From Phycisphaeraceae bacterium (GTDB lineage: Bacteria; Planctomycetota; Phycisphaerae; Phycisphaerales; Zrk34): DNA of 57,080 bases. A program made the position numbers and the translations under genes. Each line of letters begins with the position of its first letter. The first letter of the stretch is position 1. The notes under the pieces were generated by a model. That model was not told where the DNA came from. It was given only the letters and a program-made list of their open reading frames with translations, and made no database searches. The stretch covers positions 1-57,080 of the forward strand of contig JBBDRF010000011.1 of NCBI GenBank assembly GCA_040905565.1. Direction: 5' to 3'. Positions 47,722 to 57,080 of this stretch are shown one piece after another.

Positions 47722-48060
47722 GTGCAGTTTAAGATGAGTCCCAACGTGGCGGTGCCGACCGATCGGCCGAACGAAGCGCGGGCGTTTTACAAAGACGTGC
47801 TGGGGTTCCCGATTCGGCATCTTGAGCCGACGTCGACCGAGTTCAACGCTTCGCCGCTGGCCTTGTTCGTCGATACTGACCGCGACGAAAAGCTCACGGG
47901 CCCGGTGCTTGAGCTGCTGGTGGACGACGTCGAGGCGGCACGGGAGCACCTGCTGGAGCACGGCTGCACGGTAATCCGCTGGGAAGGCCTCGGCGGCGAC
48001 TGCTACATGCGCGACCCGTTCGGGCTCACGTTCAACCTCTGGCAGGAACTGCAGGTGTAG
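47722..48060 (+). CDS. VOC/glyoxalase family protein
   Basis: ARAFYKDVLG, LVDDVEAA, YMRDPFG. Confidence 0.85.
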   Translation: MQFKMSPNVAVPTDRPNEARAFYKDVLGFPIRHLEPTSTEFNASPLALFVDTDRDEKLTGPVLELLVDDVEAAREHLLEHGCTVIRWEGLGGDCYMRDPFGLTFNLWQELQV

Positions 48061-48119
48061 CCCAGCACCCGCGGCGCACCAAGGGGGGCGCTTGAGCATT
48101 TGCCGGGCCGCCCTAAAGT

Positions 48120-49511
48120 ATGAGCATCATGCCAGAGACTTCCGAAAAACTCATCGCCCAGGTCCTGATTGTTGACGACGAAGCCGGCCACGCCGAGGTC
48201 ATGGGCGAGGCCCTGCAGCGACTGGGCCACATCTGTACGCTGGTGCACGACCTTGAAGCCGCCGTCGACGAGCTGCGCCACGGCACGTTCGACGTGATCG
48301 TGACCGACCTGGTGATGGCCAGCGAAGACGATGGGATGAAGGTGCTCGAGACCGCCCGCCGGACGCAACCGAACGCGGAGGTCATCATGGTCACCGCCCA
48401 CGGCGACGTGCCCACCGCCAAGGCAGCCCTCAAGGGCGGGGCGTATGACTTCATCGAAAAACCGCTTGATCTGGACGTCTTTCGCAACTTGGTGAACCGG
48501 GCTGCTGAGACGGTTCTGCTGCGTTACCAGAACAGCGACCTTCAGCAGCAGGTCGACGAAAAGTTCGGGCTTGAAGGCATCATCGGCAACTCGCCCGCCA
48601 TCCAGCGCGTGCTGGCCACCGTGCGGCAGGTCGCCAAGTCCGACATCCCTGCCCTGATCACCGGCGAATCCGGCACGGGCAAGGAACTCGTCGCCCGAGC
48701 GGTCCACAACAACTCCGCAAGGGCAAAGAAGGCATTCAAACCGCTTAACTGCGCGGGGCTGAGCTCGTCGATTCTCGAAAGCGAATTGTTCGGCCATGTG
48801 CGGGGGTCGTTCACCGGAGCGGAGCGCGATCGTCAGGGCGTGTTCGAGTATGCCGACGGCGGCACGCTGCTGCTCGACGAGATCGGCGACATGCCGCTGG
48901 ATATGCAGGCCAAGCTGCTGCGTGTGCTGGAGAGCGGCGAAGTCGTGCGCGTCGGCGACAACGAGCCTCGCCACGTGGACGTGCGGCTGATCTCGGCGAC
49001 GAATCACGATCTTCAGGAACTCATCCGGGAAGGCCGTTTCCGCGAGGATCTCTACTTCCGCATTCGGGGCGTTGAGGTTCATTTGCCTCCGTTGCGCGAA
49101 CGCCGGGAGGATATCCCGCAGCTGACCAGACACTTCATCCATCGCTTCGCGAAACAGACGCACCGCGAAGTGAGCGACATCGACGAAGGGGCGCAGCTGG
49201 CGTTGATGCAGTACGAATGGCCGGGGAACGTGAGGCAGCTGATCAACGTGGTGCAGAGCATGGTCGTCACGTGTGAAGACGACGTGATTACGCTGCGTGA
49301 TGTGCCGCCCGAGATCCGGGCTGCGGGGACGGGCGAGAACGATCACAACGATCTGCACACGATGGCGGGCATGAGCCTGGACCAGATCGAAAAGCAAGCC
49401 ATCCGCAACACCCTCCGCCTCACCGAAGGCAACCGCGAACAGGCTGCGAAGCTGCTGGGCATCGGCGAGCGGACGCTGTATCGGAAGCTTAAAGACTACG
49501 GACTCAAGTGA
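48120..49511 (+). CDS. Sigma-54-dependent response regulator (NtrC family)
   Basis: Receiver [32 protein letters not shown], Fis-type HTH. Confidence 0.93.
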   Translation: MSIMPETSEKLIAQVLIVDDEAGHAEVMGEALQRLGHICTLVHDLEAAVDELRHGTFDVIVTDLVMASEDDGMKVLETARRTQPNAEVIMVTAHGDVPTAKAALKGGAYDFIEKPLDLDVFRNLVNRAAETVLLRYQNSDLQQQVDEKFGLEGIIGNSPAIQRVLATVRQVAKSDIPALITGESGTGKELVARAVHNNSARAKKAFKPLNCAGLSSSILESELFGHVRGSFTGAERDRQGVFEYADGGTLLLDEIGDMPLDMQAKLLRVLESGEVVRVGDNEPRHVDVRLISATNHDLQELIREGRFREDLYFRIRGVEVHLPPLRERREDIPQLTRHFIHRFAKQTHREVSDIDEGAQLALMQYEWPGNVRQLINVVQSMVVTCEDDVITLRDVPPEIRAAGTGENDHNDLHTMAGMSLDQIEKQAIRNTLRLTEGNREQAAKLLGIGERTLYRKLKDYGLK

Positions 49512-49526
49512 GATCCGAATCCGCAA

Positions 49527-49641
49527 ACAACGAGCCGCGACCGTAAGGGAGCGGTTGTGCGTCGGGACAGATTGACGGCGGAGAACCTGATGAACCTGAC
49601 GCCATTGCACCCCGGACCGCTCCCTCACGGTCGCGGCTCGT
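49527..49641. repeat. REP-like inverted doublet, family 1
   Basis: ACAACGAGCCGCGACCGTAAGGGAGCGGTTGTGCG (49527-49561) and CCGCTCCCTCACGGTCGCGGCTCGT (49617-49641). Confidence 0.8.
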
Positions 49642-49663
49642 AAGACAACGGGAGTTCTAGACC

Positions 49664-50158
49664 TTGACCGCTCAATTAGCTTTCCGCATCGGCCACGGTT
49701 TCGACCTGCATCGCCTCGAGCCCGGTCGCAAGATGATCGTCGGCGGCCTGGAGCTTGAGCACGATCGCGGCCCGGCCGGCCACAGTGATGGCGACGTGGT
49801 TTATCACGCCGTCACCGACGCCATCCTCGGTGCGCTGGCCCAGCCGGACATCGGGCAGATTTTCCCCGACGATGACCAGCGCTGGCACGAAGCAGACTCG
49901 CGTATCTTTGTCGCCGAGGCCAACCGCATCATGCGTGAACACGGGTACGTGATCGGCAATGTCGACGTCACCGTCATCCTGCAGAAGCCGAAGCTCGGGC
50001 CTCACAAGCAGAAGATGCGCGAGAACCTCGCCCACCTCCTCGGCTGCGACGTGAGCCAGGTGAATTTGAAGGGCAAGACGCATGAGAAGGTCGACAGCCT
50101 CGGCGAAAACCGCTCGATCGCGTGCCATGTGGTGGCCCTGCTGATGCGTGACGGTTGA
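49664..50158 (+). CDS. ispF: 2-C-methyl-D-erythritol 2,4-cyclodiphosphate synthase
   Basis: RIGHGFDLH, GHSDGDV, DIGQIFPD, NVDVTVI. Confidence 0.95.
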   Translation: MTAQLAFRIGHGFDLHRLEPGRKMIVGGLELEHDRGPAGHSDGDVVYHAVTDAILGALAQPDIGQIFPDDDQRWHEADSRIFVAEANRIMREHGYVIGNVDVTVILQKPKLGPHKQKMRENLAHLLGCDVSQVNLKGKTHEKVDSLGENRSIACHVVALLMRDG

Positions 50159-50221
50159 AGCATTGAGCACGACGGCGGGCGGCGGGTATGATCATCGGTT
50201 GCAAGGAAGGAACGGCTGCCG

Positions 50222-51340
50222 ATGCGCGCAATCATGACCGGACAAGTGGGGATGGAGAAGAAATCGTTCGTCGAGGCGACCGCCGCCATGGCGCGCGAGC
50301 GCGGCGAGCCGATGCTGGCGTTTCACGTGGGCGACATGATGTATCGCGAAGCGCCGGACGTTCGGCGGGGGCGCATCCTCGACCTGCCGCTCGGCCGACT
50401 CCACGCGACAAGGCGATCGGTCTTCAAGGACATCGTCAGCGAATCGCTTGGCCATCGCCATGCCTTGGTCAACACCCACGCCACCTTCCGCTGGAGGCAC
50501 GGCCTGTTCCGGGCGTTTGACTTCGATCAAATCGAAGCGTTCAACCCCGACCTGTTCATCTGCCTGGTGGACAACATCGAAGCGGTCGCGCATCGGCTGC
50601 ATTCGGAGCATCTGCTCGATGCCACGCTGAAGGACCTGATGGTGTGGCGGGAAGAGGAGATCATGGCGACCGAGCTGCTGGCCCAGGCGATGGGCTGCGG
50701 CAACCGGTTCTATGTGCTGTCACGCGGCCGCTATCAGCCGACGGTGGAGACGGTCGTCAGGCTGATCACGCAGCCGCACGTGCGGAAGGTGTACCCCTCG
50801 TTTCCCATGAGTCACGTAATGGACATGCCCGACGTGCTGGCGGAGATCAACGCCTTCCGGGCCGACCTCGCCAAGCACATGATCGCGTTCGATCCGGGCG
50901 ACGTGGACGAGAAGCTGCTGCTGGACCGGGCGATCGCGGCGGCGAAGGCGGGGAAAGACTTCATCGAAAACACCGGTCACGACCTCGAAGGTGGCGAGAT
51001 TACCTACAGCGTTTCGGTGAAGCAGGTACTCGACATTGCAGGCGACATTGATGGACAGATTTACGCGCGCGACTTCAAGCTGATCGACCAGTCGGACATG
51101 ATCGTCTCACTCGTGCCCGAACTCGCTCACGGCGTGCCTGGTCTTTCCAGCGGCGTGGAGCGGGAGCTTCAGCACGCGTTCGAAGCTTCCAAGGAAGTCT
51201 ACGTCGTCTGGAAACCCCGTAAGAACCCCAGCCCGTTCATCACGGAGACGGCCACACGCGTGTTCCGCTCGACCGAGGAAGCGCTGCGGTACTTCGACGA
51301 TGCGGGCATGTTCGCGGAAACAAATCTCTTCGAAGCGTGA
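50222..51340 (+). CDS. Fusion of archaeal-type adenylate-kinase-like domain and nucleoside 2-deoxyribosyltransferase-like domain
   Basis: N-terminal TGQVGMEKKS, VGDMM, VNTHAT, NPD. C-terminal VYPSFP, RDFKLIDQSD, SSGVEREL..A...KEV. Confidence 0.6.
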   Translation: MRAIMTGQVGMEKKSFVEATAAMARERGEPMLAFHVGDMMYREAPDVRRGRILDLPLGRLHATRRSVFKDIVSESLGHRHALVNTHATFRWRHGLFRAFDFDQIEAFNPDLFICLVDNIEAVAHRLHSEHLLDATLKDLMVWREEEIMATELLAQAMGCGNRFYVLSRGRYQPTVETVVRLITQPHVRKVYPSFPMSHVMDMPDVLAEINAFRADLAKHMIAFDPGDVDEKLLLDRAIAAAKAGKDFIENTGHDLEGGEITYSVSVKQVLDIAGDIDGQIYARDFKLIDQSDMIVSLVPELAHGVPGLSSGVERELQHAFEASKEVYVVWKPRKNPSPFITETATRVFRSTEEALRYFDDAGMFAETNLFEA

Positions 51341-51355
51341 CCGGGATGAAGCGAA

Positions 51356-52615
51356 TCATTCCAGTTCCAGCTGTGCTTTGACGGGCGTGGCGAACTGCTG
51401 CCAGGCACGCTCGGCGCGCTGAGCATCGGGGGCGCCTTCGTGGATGAAGAAGCGGTAGCGGAAGGCGTAGTCGTTGCCCGGTTCCAGCGTCCAATCGCCA
51501 AGCTGGACGGGCGAGAAGCAGAAGAACGCGCCGCCGTCGGCCCAGATGCGCATGGGTTCGGGGAAGCGTTCATTGCTGGGATGGACAAGAATCACGACTG
51601 TCGCAGCGTTACCGTCTTGTATCTCACCTCCGTGTGCCGCCCACCGTGCCCGTTGGGTGTGGCCGTCGGCTTTGGTGTGACCTTCGCTGGTGATGATCGT
51701 GTGGTTATCGTCTTTCCACTGCTGCGCGCCGCGGAAGCCCAGCCCGCCGTAGTGGTATTCGAGGAGTTTAAGGGGCGAGTCGGAGGCGGGGGATTGATTC
51801 GCTGCCAGGTCCCACATCCACCAGCCAGCTTCGGGGCCGCCTGCATTCCAGCCTCGCACATCCCAGGTTTCGTTGAGGGCGACTTTGCCAGCTTCCTGCG
51901 TAAGATCGACATGTTCGTGCCGGGCGCGGACGTGTCCGAAGACGGGGCCCGCGGTGACGGTCTCGAACCCGGCATGCTGAACGGTGCCCGTGCCGCCGCC
52001 GAGGTTCCAGAAGTCGATGCGGTTACCGTCGAATTCGGTCCGGGTCCACGGGAACCAGACGCCTTTGTGGTGGTAATGGTCATCTGGAAAATCTTCGGTC
52101 ACCAGCAGGCCCGAGGGGCTGTAGACGGGGTGAATGTAACCGCTGCGTGCGAAGCGTGAGTTCACGCCCTCCGGCGGCAGGATGTGCTGGTGGTTGTAGT
52201 GGAACATGGTCCGCCCGCCGAGGCTCATGGCGACGGATTGATCGTCGAAGGCGACTGCGACCGATTCGCCTCGATACGGCAGGTTGTAGCTGAGGGTGAA
52301 GTGCCGCGAGGAACCGGCCTCAGTTTCGCCGGCGAGCATGAACCAGAGGCGGGCGGGGTTATCGCCGTGAGCGCGTTCGACCTGGGTCGCGACGGGATGT
52401 TCGCTGCCATCGCGTCGTTCGACAAGACGAAGAGGGCGATGGGCGTTCACGGCCGATGGCAGATCCACGGCGACGGGCTGATCGAGGCGTTGCACGTCGC
52501 CTGCCTCAACACTGATCGTGCCGATCATTTGCGCATGAGCAGTGGCGCTGAACGCCAGCACAGTCCCAAGAAGCATCCAGGCCCGACACCGCATCACATG
52601 ATTGATAAGCTTCAT
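51356..52615 (-). CDS. Secreted DUF6807/'PmoA-like' family protein
   Basis: Signal peptide ending AHA, RSGYIHPV, PDDHYHHKGVW, YHYGGLGFRG. Alternative start at 52675. Confidence 0.7.
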   Translation of the reverse strand: MKLINHVMRCRAWMLLGTVLAFSATAHAQMIGTISVEAGDVQRLDQPVAVDLPSAVNAHRPLRLVERRDGSEHPVATQVERAHGDNPARLWFMLAGETEAGSSRHFTLSYNLPYRGESVAVAFDDQSVAMSLGGRTMFHYNHQHILPPEGVNSRFARSGYIHPVYSPSGLLVTEDFPDDHYHHKGVWFPWTRTEFDGNRIDFWNLGGGTGTVQHAGFETVTAGPVFGHVRARHEHVDLTQEAGKVALNETWDVRGWNAGGPEAGWWMWDLAANQSPASDSPLKLLEYHYGGLGFRGAQQWKDDNHTIITSEGHTKADGHTQRARWAAHGGEIQDGNAATVVILVHPSNERFPEPMRIWADGGAFFCFSPVQLGDWTLEPGNDYAFRYRFFIHEGAPDAQRAERAWQQFATPVKAQLELE

Positions 52616-52671
52616 GTCACCGAAGATAACAAACCAAAGCTCGCTGCGGCAATACGAGACTCGCGATCGCT

Positions 52672-53574
52672 TCATTCGGCATGTTCGGCCTCGGCGCTGC
52701 GGTGCAGCCATGAGCCGAAGATGAACACGGCAACGACTGCATAGATGGCGCACGACGGCATCCACATGATATAGCCTGCGATCTGCTGATCCGTCAGCGG
52801 AGCGAGACCCCAGGCGTCGGTCGTGTCGGCATAATGCTGGTACCAGAGTCGCGGGGAGAGGGCCATGAACACGCCTAGGAACATGCCCTGTAGCGACATG
52901 GTGAACAGGTAGACAACAGCGAGCGGCGCGGTCAGCCGCACCCGGCCGAGCGGGTCGACCACGACGCGCCAGTACAGGCACGCGCCGAGCAGGAAGGCGA
53001 GATGCTGCACATCGTGAACGAACTGGTTGCGGAGGGCGAGGTCGTAAAGCTTCGGCAAGTGCCACAACCACAGCATCAGCGTAAACAGCAGCCAGACCGC
53101 CAGCGGCTGCCACAGCAGGTAACGTGACGCAGTCGGCAGTCGTAAACGGACGAGGCTGCGGCCGAGGGGGCGCGACGATCGGCGGGGCATCGCCCAGAGC
53201 GAGACCAGGGCGGGGGAGCCGGCTACCAGCAGCGGCGCGGCGACGAGCATGAGCAGGGTGTGCTGAATCATGTGGACCCAGCCGAGGTGGGCAGCGAGGG
53301 TATCGATCGGTGAGATGAGCGCCAGCAGCAACGCGACAACGCCGACGCCGAAGCACCCCGCCTGCCATCGGCCGACCCCCCTGCCGATGCCCACGTGTCG
53401 CCACAGCCGGGTCAGCCCGACACTGTAGATGCTGGCGGCGAGGAGCGTGCCGAGCAGGGGCAACGGCTGCCAACTCCACGCCTGCCACCAGACGGTCACC
53501 GCGTCCTGATCGAAGCCCGCAGCATGGGCAAGGGCGGCACCATTAGCTTGGAAGATGACCATTACCCAGTCCAC
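52672..53574 (-). CDS. ctaG: caa3-type cytochrome c oxidase assembly factor CtaG
   Basis: HMIQH..L..VAAPLL, WHLP.LY, H..QH, DQQIAGYIMW. Confidence 0.88.
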   Translation of the reverse strand: MDWVMVIFQANGAALAHAAGFDQDAVTVWWQAWSWQPLPLLGTLLAASIYSVGLTRLWRHVGIGRGVGRWQAGCFGVGVVALLLALISPIDTLAAHLGWVHMIQHTLLMLVAAPLLVAGSPALVSLWAMPRRSSRPLGRSLVRLRLPTASRYLLWQPLAVWLLFTLMLWLWHLPKLYDLALRNQFVHDVQHLAFLLGACLYWRVVVDPLGRVRLTAPLAVVYLFTMSLQGMFLGVFMALSPRLWYQHYADTTDAWGLAPLTDQQIAGYIMWMPSCAIYAVVAVFIFGSWLHRSAEAEHAE

Positions 53575-53590
53575 AACATTCGCCTCCCAT

Positions 53591-54031
53591 TCAGCAGCGG
53601 TGCAGATAAAAGATCAACGGCACGGCCTGCGCAAAGATGATGATCGCGAACAGCCCGCTCAGCAGAGCGCCGGTGCGACGCAGGTGGTCCGAAGCAGTCG
53701 CGCGTGGGTCCGCCTTGTCGTCATCTTCTGCGTCCGATTGATCCAGTTGAGCGGCGGGAAGCATCGCGTTCTGCGGCCAGCCTGCCCCCGCAGCGGCAAC
53801 GGCAAGCAGAAACATCAAAACCGTCAGCACGATCAGAAGCCAAGCCGTGAGGGTGATGCCCGCCAGCTGGGTGTGATGCAGCCCACGGGTGCAGCCGAAC
53901 TCCGCAATCGCGTAGCTGAGCAGGATGTGGGCGGTCCACGCGATCGCGCCGCCGAGGAACGCGAACCATCGCCGCACGCTGCCGGGCTCGGCGGGGCTGG
54001 CGATCGTGGGTCTGTTCGGATCACGCGGCAT
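53591..54031 (-). CDS. Small membrane protein of the oxidase operon
   Basis: Three TM helices, AW..H..SY....C and terminal Cys. Start moved to ATG 54031 to avoid overlap. Confidence 0.65.
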   Translation of the reverse strand: MPRDPNRPTIASPAEPGSVRRWFAFLGGAIAWTAHILLSYAIAEFGCTRGLHHTQLAGITLTAWLLIVLTVLMFLLAVAAAGAGWPQNAMLPAAQLDQSDAEDDDKADPRATASDHLRRTGALLSGLFAIIIFAQAVPLIFYLHRC

Positions 54032-54042
54032 GCCGAAGCCCT

Positions 54043-56556
54043 TCACAAAACGTACGGCGAAACGTAGGTCGTGGCGAATGTCACCAGCCCGGCCACGACG
54101 ACGAACAGCCAGAACACTTCCGCAATCTCCTGATGCAGGCGGAGGCCGTGCGGGTCGTCGACGTCGTGCCAGATCAGCCGCGGCACCAGGAACCCGAGCA
54201 CCCCAACGCCAGCAGCGGCGTAGATCAGCAGCAGCCAATTCGTGGCGAAAAAGGCGGACGTATAGGCGTTTTCAGTCGGCGTGATGTCGGCTGTGGCCAG
54301 AGCGCCGACCTGGAGGATGAGGAACATCACGCCGAGGCCGAACGTCGCGACGCTGGCGATGCGGATTTGGCGGGCGTGCCTGCGACGCATCCCGTAAGAG
54401 GCCCAGACCTGCGTCATGCCGCTGAGCAGCAGCGACCCGTAGGCGAGGCTGGCCCACACCAGACGCGGGCGCGGCAGATCGTCCTGTGGCCACTGCTCGG
54501 AATAGAGCCAGATGTAGAAGTACGCATAGATGAGCGTGCCGAGCGCCATGATGAGAACCACGAGGCCGCTGACCACGCCCCACCATGCGAGGGCGCGGGT
54601 GCCGGTGCCGCCGACGGGAAGGTTGATGCTTTCGCTAATCTCTTGCTCGTCGGGCAGTGGTCGGTGGGTCGGGCGGAGCCAGTAGCCGAGCATGCCGACG
54701 GCGAAGAACGCCCCGACAAGCGCCATGAAGTATGCCTGGAAGAGGACGCCAATAGCGGTCGCGACGAAGCCGAGGGCGGTGATGATCGGCACGAGCGTCG
54801 GCCCCGGCAAAGGCTGCAATGCCTGCGGCCGCGCAGTCAGGACGTCGGTCACCAATGAGCCGCGCCACTTGCTGGGCGCGTCACGCATCTTGGCGGCGAC
54901 AGTGGTGAGGGCGTCGGTATCCGCGTCACGGCGGCTAGCTGTCCAGAGCGGGTCACGGCTGGTCACGACAGGTGGTTCGCGGAAGCTGTAAACAGGCGGC
55001 GGCGACGCGATCGACCACTCCAGCGAAGCGGCGTTCCACGGATTAGCGGTCGCCTTCCTGCCACGATAAATACTCCAGATGAGCCCCCCGAGCGCCAGCG
55101 CGTACCCGAGGCCCAGGGCGAAGGAGCCGACCGTGGCGATCATGTTGTCCGTCCCCAGCCCGAGCTCCGCGGGATAGGTGTACACCCGCCGCGGCATGCC
55201 GAACATGCCCATGTGATGCATCGGAAAGAACGCCACGTTGAAGCCGATGAAGATGAGCCAGAAGCTGATCTTGCTGAGCGGTTCGCCGGGCATGCGGCCG
55301 CTGAACTTCGGAAACCAGTAATAGATGCCGGCGAAGATCGGGAAGACCGCCCCGCCGATGAGCACGTAGTGGAAATGCGCCACGATGAAGTAGCTATCGT
55401 GCACTTGCAGATCGAAGGGGATGGTGGCCACCATGACACCGGTGATGCCGCCGATCACAAAGATGAACAGGAAGCCGAGGATGTAAAGCAGCGGCGTCTG
55501 GTAGGCGGGGCGACTGGCCCAGAGCGTGGCGATCCATGCGAAGACCTGGGCACCACTGGCGAGCGCGATCATGAAACTCGCCCCGGCGAAGAACACCAGC
55601 GACAGTTGCGGCAGACCCGTGGCGAACATGTGATGCACCCAGAGGCCGAAGCTGAGGAAGCCCGTGATCAGCAGCGCGATCACGATGATGGTGTAGCCCA
55701 CGATCGGGCGGCGGGCGAAGACGGGGATCACGCTTGAGATGACGCCCGTGGCAGGGATGAAGATGATGTAGACGTCGGGATGGCCGAAGAACCAGAAGAT
55801 GTGCTGCCAGAGGAGCGTGGAGCCGCCCGCGTCGGGGTTGAAAAAGTGCATGCCCATGGCGCGGTCGAGCTCGAGCATCATCGTCGCCATGAACAGAGGC
55901 GTGATGCCGAAGAGAATCATCCCGCCGGTGATGAGGAACGCCCACACGAGCAACGGCATACGGTGCAGCGCCATGCCCGGTGCGCGCATCTTGAGAATGG
56001 TGACGACGATCTCGATCCCCGCAGTCAGCGCCGCCACTTCCACAAGGCCTAGGCCGAGCAGCCAGAAATCAAGCCCGCGATCGGCGAAGGCCGGGCCCGA
56101 GAGCGGCGTGTAAGCGAACCAGCCTGCGTCGGGGACGTGGCCGAAGAAAAAACTGGCGTACATGATGAGGCCGCCGACGAGGTACATCCAGTAGCTGAAG
56201 GCGGTGAGGCGGGGGAAAGCGACATCGCGCGAACCGATCATCATCGGCAGCAGGTACAGCGCGAGGCCCTCAAGAAACGGCACGGCGAAGAGGTACATCA
56301 TCGTCGAGCCGTGCATCGTAAACAGGGCGTTAAACGTGTCCGGATGCAGCCAGTCGTTATCGGGGACGGCGAGCTGAACGCGCATCAGGAGCGCGAAGAC
56401 ACCGGCGATGGCGAAGAAGATCAGCGACGTGATCATGTACCGCTTGCCGAGCGGCTGATTGTTCACGGCCGTGAAGAAACCGCGAACTCCGGGCGGCGTG
56501 CGCCACGTGCGCTCAAGTTCAGCGAGGCGGTCGACAGGTTCGGGAGGCTCAGCCAA
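54043..56556 (-). CDS. ctaD: Cytochrome c oxidase subunit I fused to a subunit III-like domain
   Basis: FTMHG, GWFAYTPL, GHPDVY, WVHHM, VAHFHYV, GMPRR, plus about 250 aa of C-terminal subunit III-like TM region. Confidence 0.92.
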   Translation of the reverse strand: MAEPPEPVDRLAELERTWRTPPGVRGFFTAVNNQPLGKRYMITSLIFFAIAGVFALLMRVQLAVPDNDWLHPDTFNALFTMHGSTMMYLFAVPFLEGLALYLLPMMIGSRDVAFPRLTAFSYWMYLVGGLIMYASFFFGHVPDAGWFAYTPLSGPAFADRGLDFWLLGLGLVEVAALTAGIEIVVTILKMRAPGMALHRMPLLVWAFLITGGMILFGITPLFMATMMLELDRAMGMHFFNPDAGGSTLLWQHIFWFFGHPDVYIIFIPATGVISSVIPVFARRPIVGYTIIVIALLITGFLSFGLWVHHMFATGLPQLSLVFFAGASFMIALASGAQVFAWIATLWASRPAYQTPLLYILGFLFIFVIGGITGVMVATIPFDLQVHDSYFIVAHFHYVLIGGAVFPIFAGIYYWFPKFSGRMPGEPLSKISFWLIFIGFNVAFFPMHHMGMFGMPRRVYTYPAELGLGTDNMIATVGSFALGLGYALALGGLIWSIYRGRKATANPWNAASLEWSIASPPPVYSFREPPVVTSRDPLWTASRRDADTDALTTVAAKMRDAPSKWRGSLVTDVLTARPQALQPLPGPTLVPIITALGFVATAIGVLFQAYFMALVGAFFAVGMLGYWLRPTHRPLPDEQEISESINLPVGGTGTRALAWWGVVSGLVVLIMALGTLIYAYFYIWLYSEQWPQDDLPRPRLVWASLAYGSLLLSGMTQVWASYGMRRRHARQIRIASVATFGLGVMFLILQVGALATADITPTENAYTSAFFATNWLLLIYAAAGVGVLGFLVPRLIWHDVDDPHGLRLHQEIAEVFWLFVVVAGLVTFATTYVSPYVL

Positions 56557-56559
56557 GGG

Positions 56560-57027
56560 CTACTCCAGACTCATCAGGTAGGCGACCAGCGCGTCAAGAT
56601 CGTCCGGCTGAATCGACGTGGCGGGCATCAGCAAGCCGGGCTTGAACTGATGCGGATCACGGATGAACGCGCCGAGGTTCTCTTGCGTGTTGGCGATGGT
56701 GCCGGCCCCGAGCGTGAGCCGACTGCCGAGATGCGTGAGGTCCGGCCCGGTTTCGGTGGCCTTGCTGAGATCCGTGATGCCGTGGCACGCGCCGCAGCCA
56801 GAAGCGACGAACACCTGCTGCCCGTGGCTAAGCTCCTCCGCGGCAGGCTCGGCCCTGGCCTCACGACGGTTTGCGACCCACTGATCGAACTCTTCCTCGG
56901 GCAGTGCGACCACGTAGAACGCCATGTGGGCATGCTGCGTCCCGCAGTACTCCGCACACTGGCCGCGGTAGAGGCCGGGGCGGTCAGCCTGAATCCAGAG
57001 ATGATTTTGATGCTCGGGCATCAGGTC
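56560..57027 (-). pseudogene. ctaC: 3' part of cytochrome c oxidase subunit II with cytochrome c domain, interrupted upstream
   Basis: CuA motif CAEYCGTQHAHM and haem motif CGACH. Homology stops abruptly before DLMP, where a tandem-repeat IS-like end begins. Confidence 0.75.
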
Positions 57028-57080
57028 TGAGCAACCGGGGACATGGTTAACACTTTTTACCGGGTACATGGTTTACACTT
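57028..57080. mobile_element. Probable IS terminus (IS481-like)
   Basis: Tandem 22-mers ACCGGGGACATGGTTAACACTT (57034-57055) and ACCGGGTACATGGTTTACACTT (57059-57080), low GC, abutting broken coxB. Confidence 0.6.

Noticed and set aside
14846..49641. Repeated 24-35-nt motif as a CRISPR array
   Set aside because: Copies are dispersed, inverted and not regularly spaced, and there are no cas genes. It fits REP elements.
51356..53488. 710-aa ORF, and the idea of a methane monooxygenase
   Set aside because: The N-terminal ~270 aa overlap ctaG in another frame. The real protein is a soluble secreted DUF6807-like protein without PmoA membrane helices.

Overview
High-GC bacterial chromosomal DNA, most consistent with a planctomycete (Phycisphaerae-like). 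This is inferred from a PVC-type haem-binding protein, the REP-like motifs and the gene repertoire. Left to right the window holds: a minus-strand type IV pilus/T2SS-like operon (sensor kinase, STAS protein, PilB, PilC, PilMNO, PilP-like, five pilin-type genes; no secretin here); two secreted M14 carboxypeptidases, one apparently catalytically dead; a compact four-gene WXG100 + FtsK/EccC-like cluster that looks like a minimal type VII-like secretion system in a diderm (top finding); an HNH gene preceded by a long structured intergenic hairpin; housekeeping genes (uup-like ABC-F, comF, asnB, Na/Pi transporter, csp, gdhA, hslU, ispF); a sugar-catabolism cluster; an unusual adenylate-kinase-like/nucleoside-deoxyribosyltransferase-like fusion; and a caa3-type oxidase operon with non-canonical proton channels whose coxB is cut at the window end by an IS481-like terminus. 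Several REP-like palindrome families and a sharp GC-skew flip near 13.85 kb are also visible. No rRNA, tRNA or CRISPR array was recognised. All family calls come from recognising motifs by eye, not from database searches.
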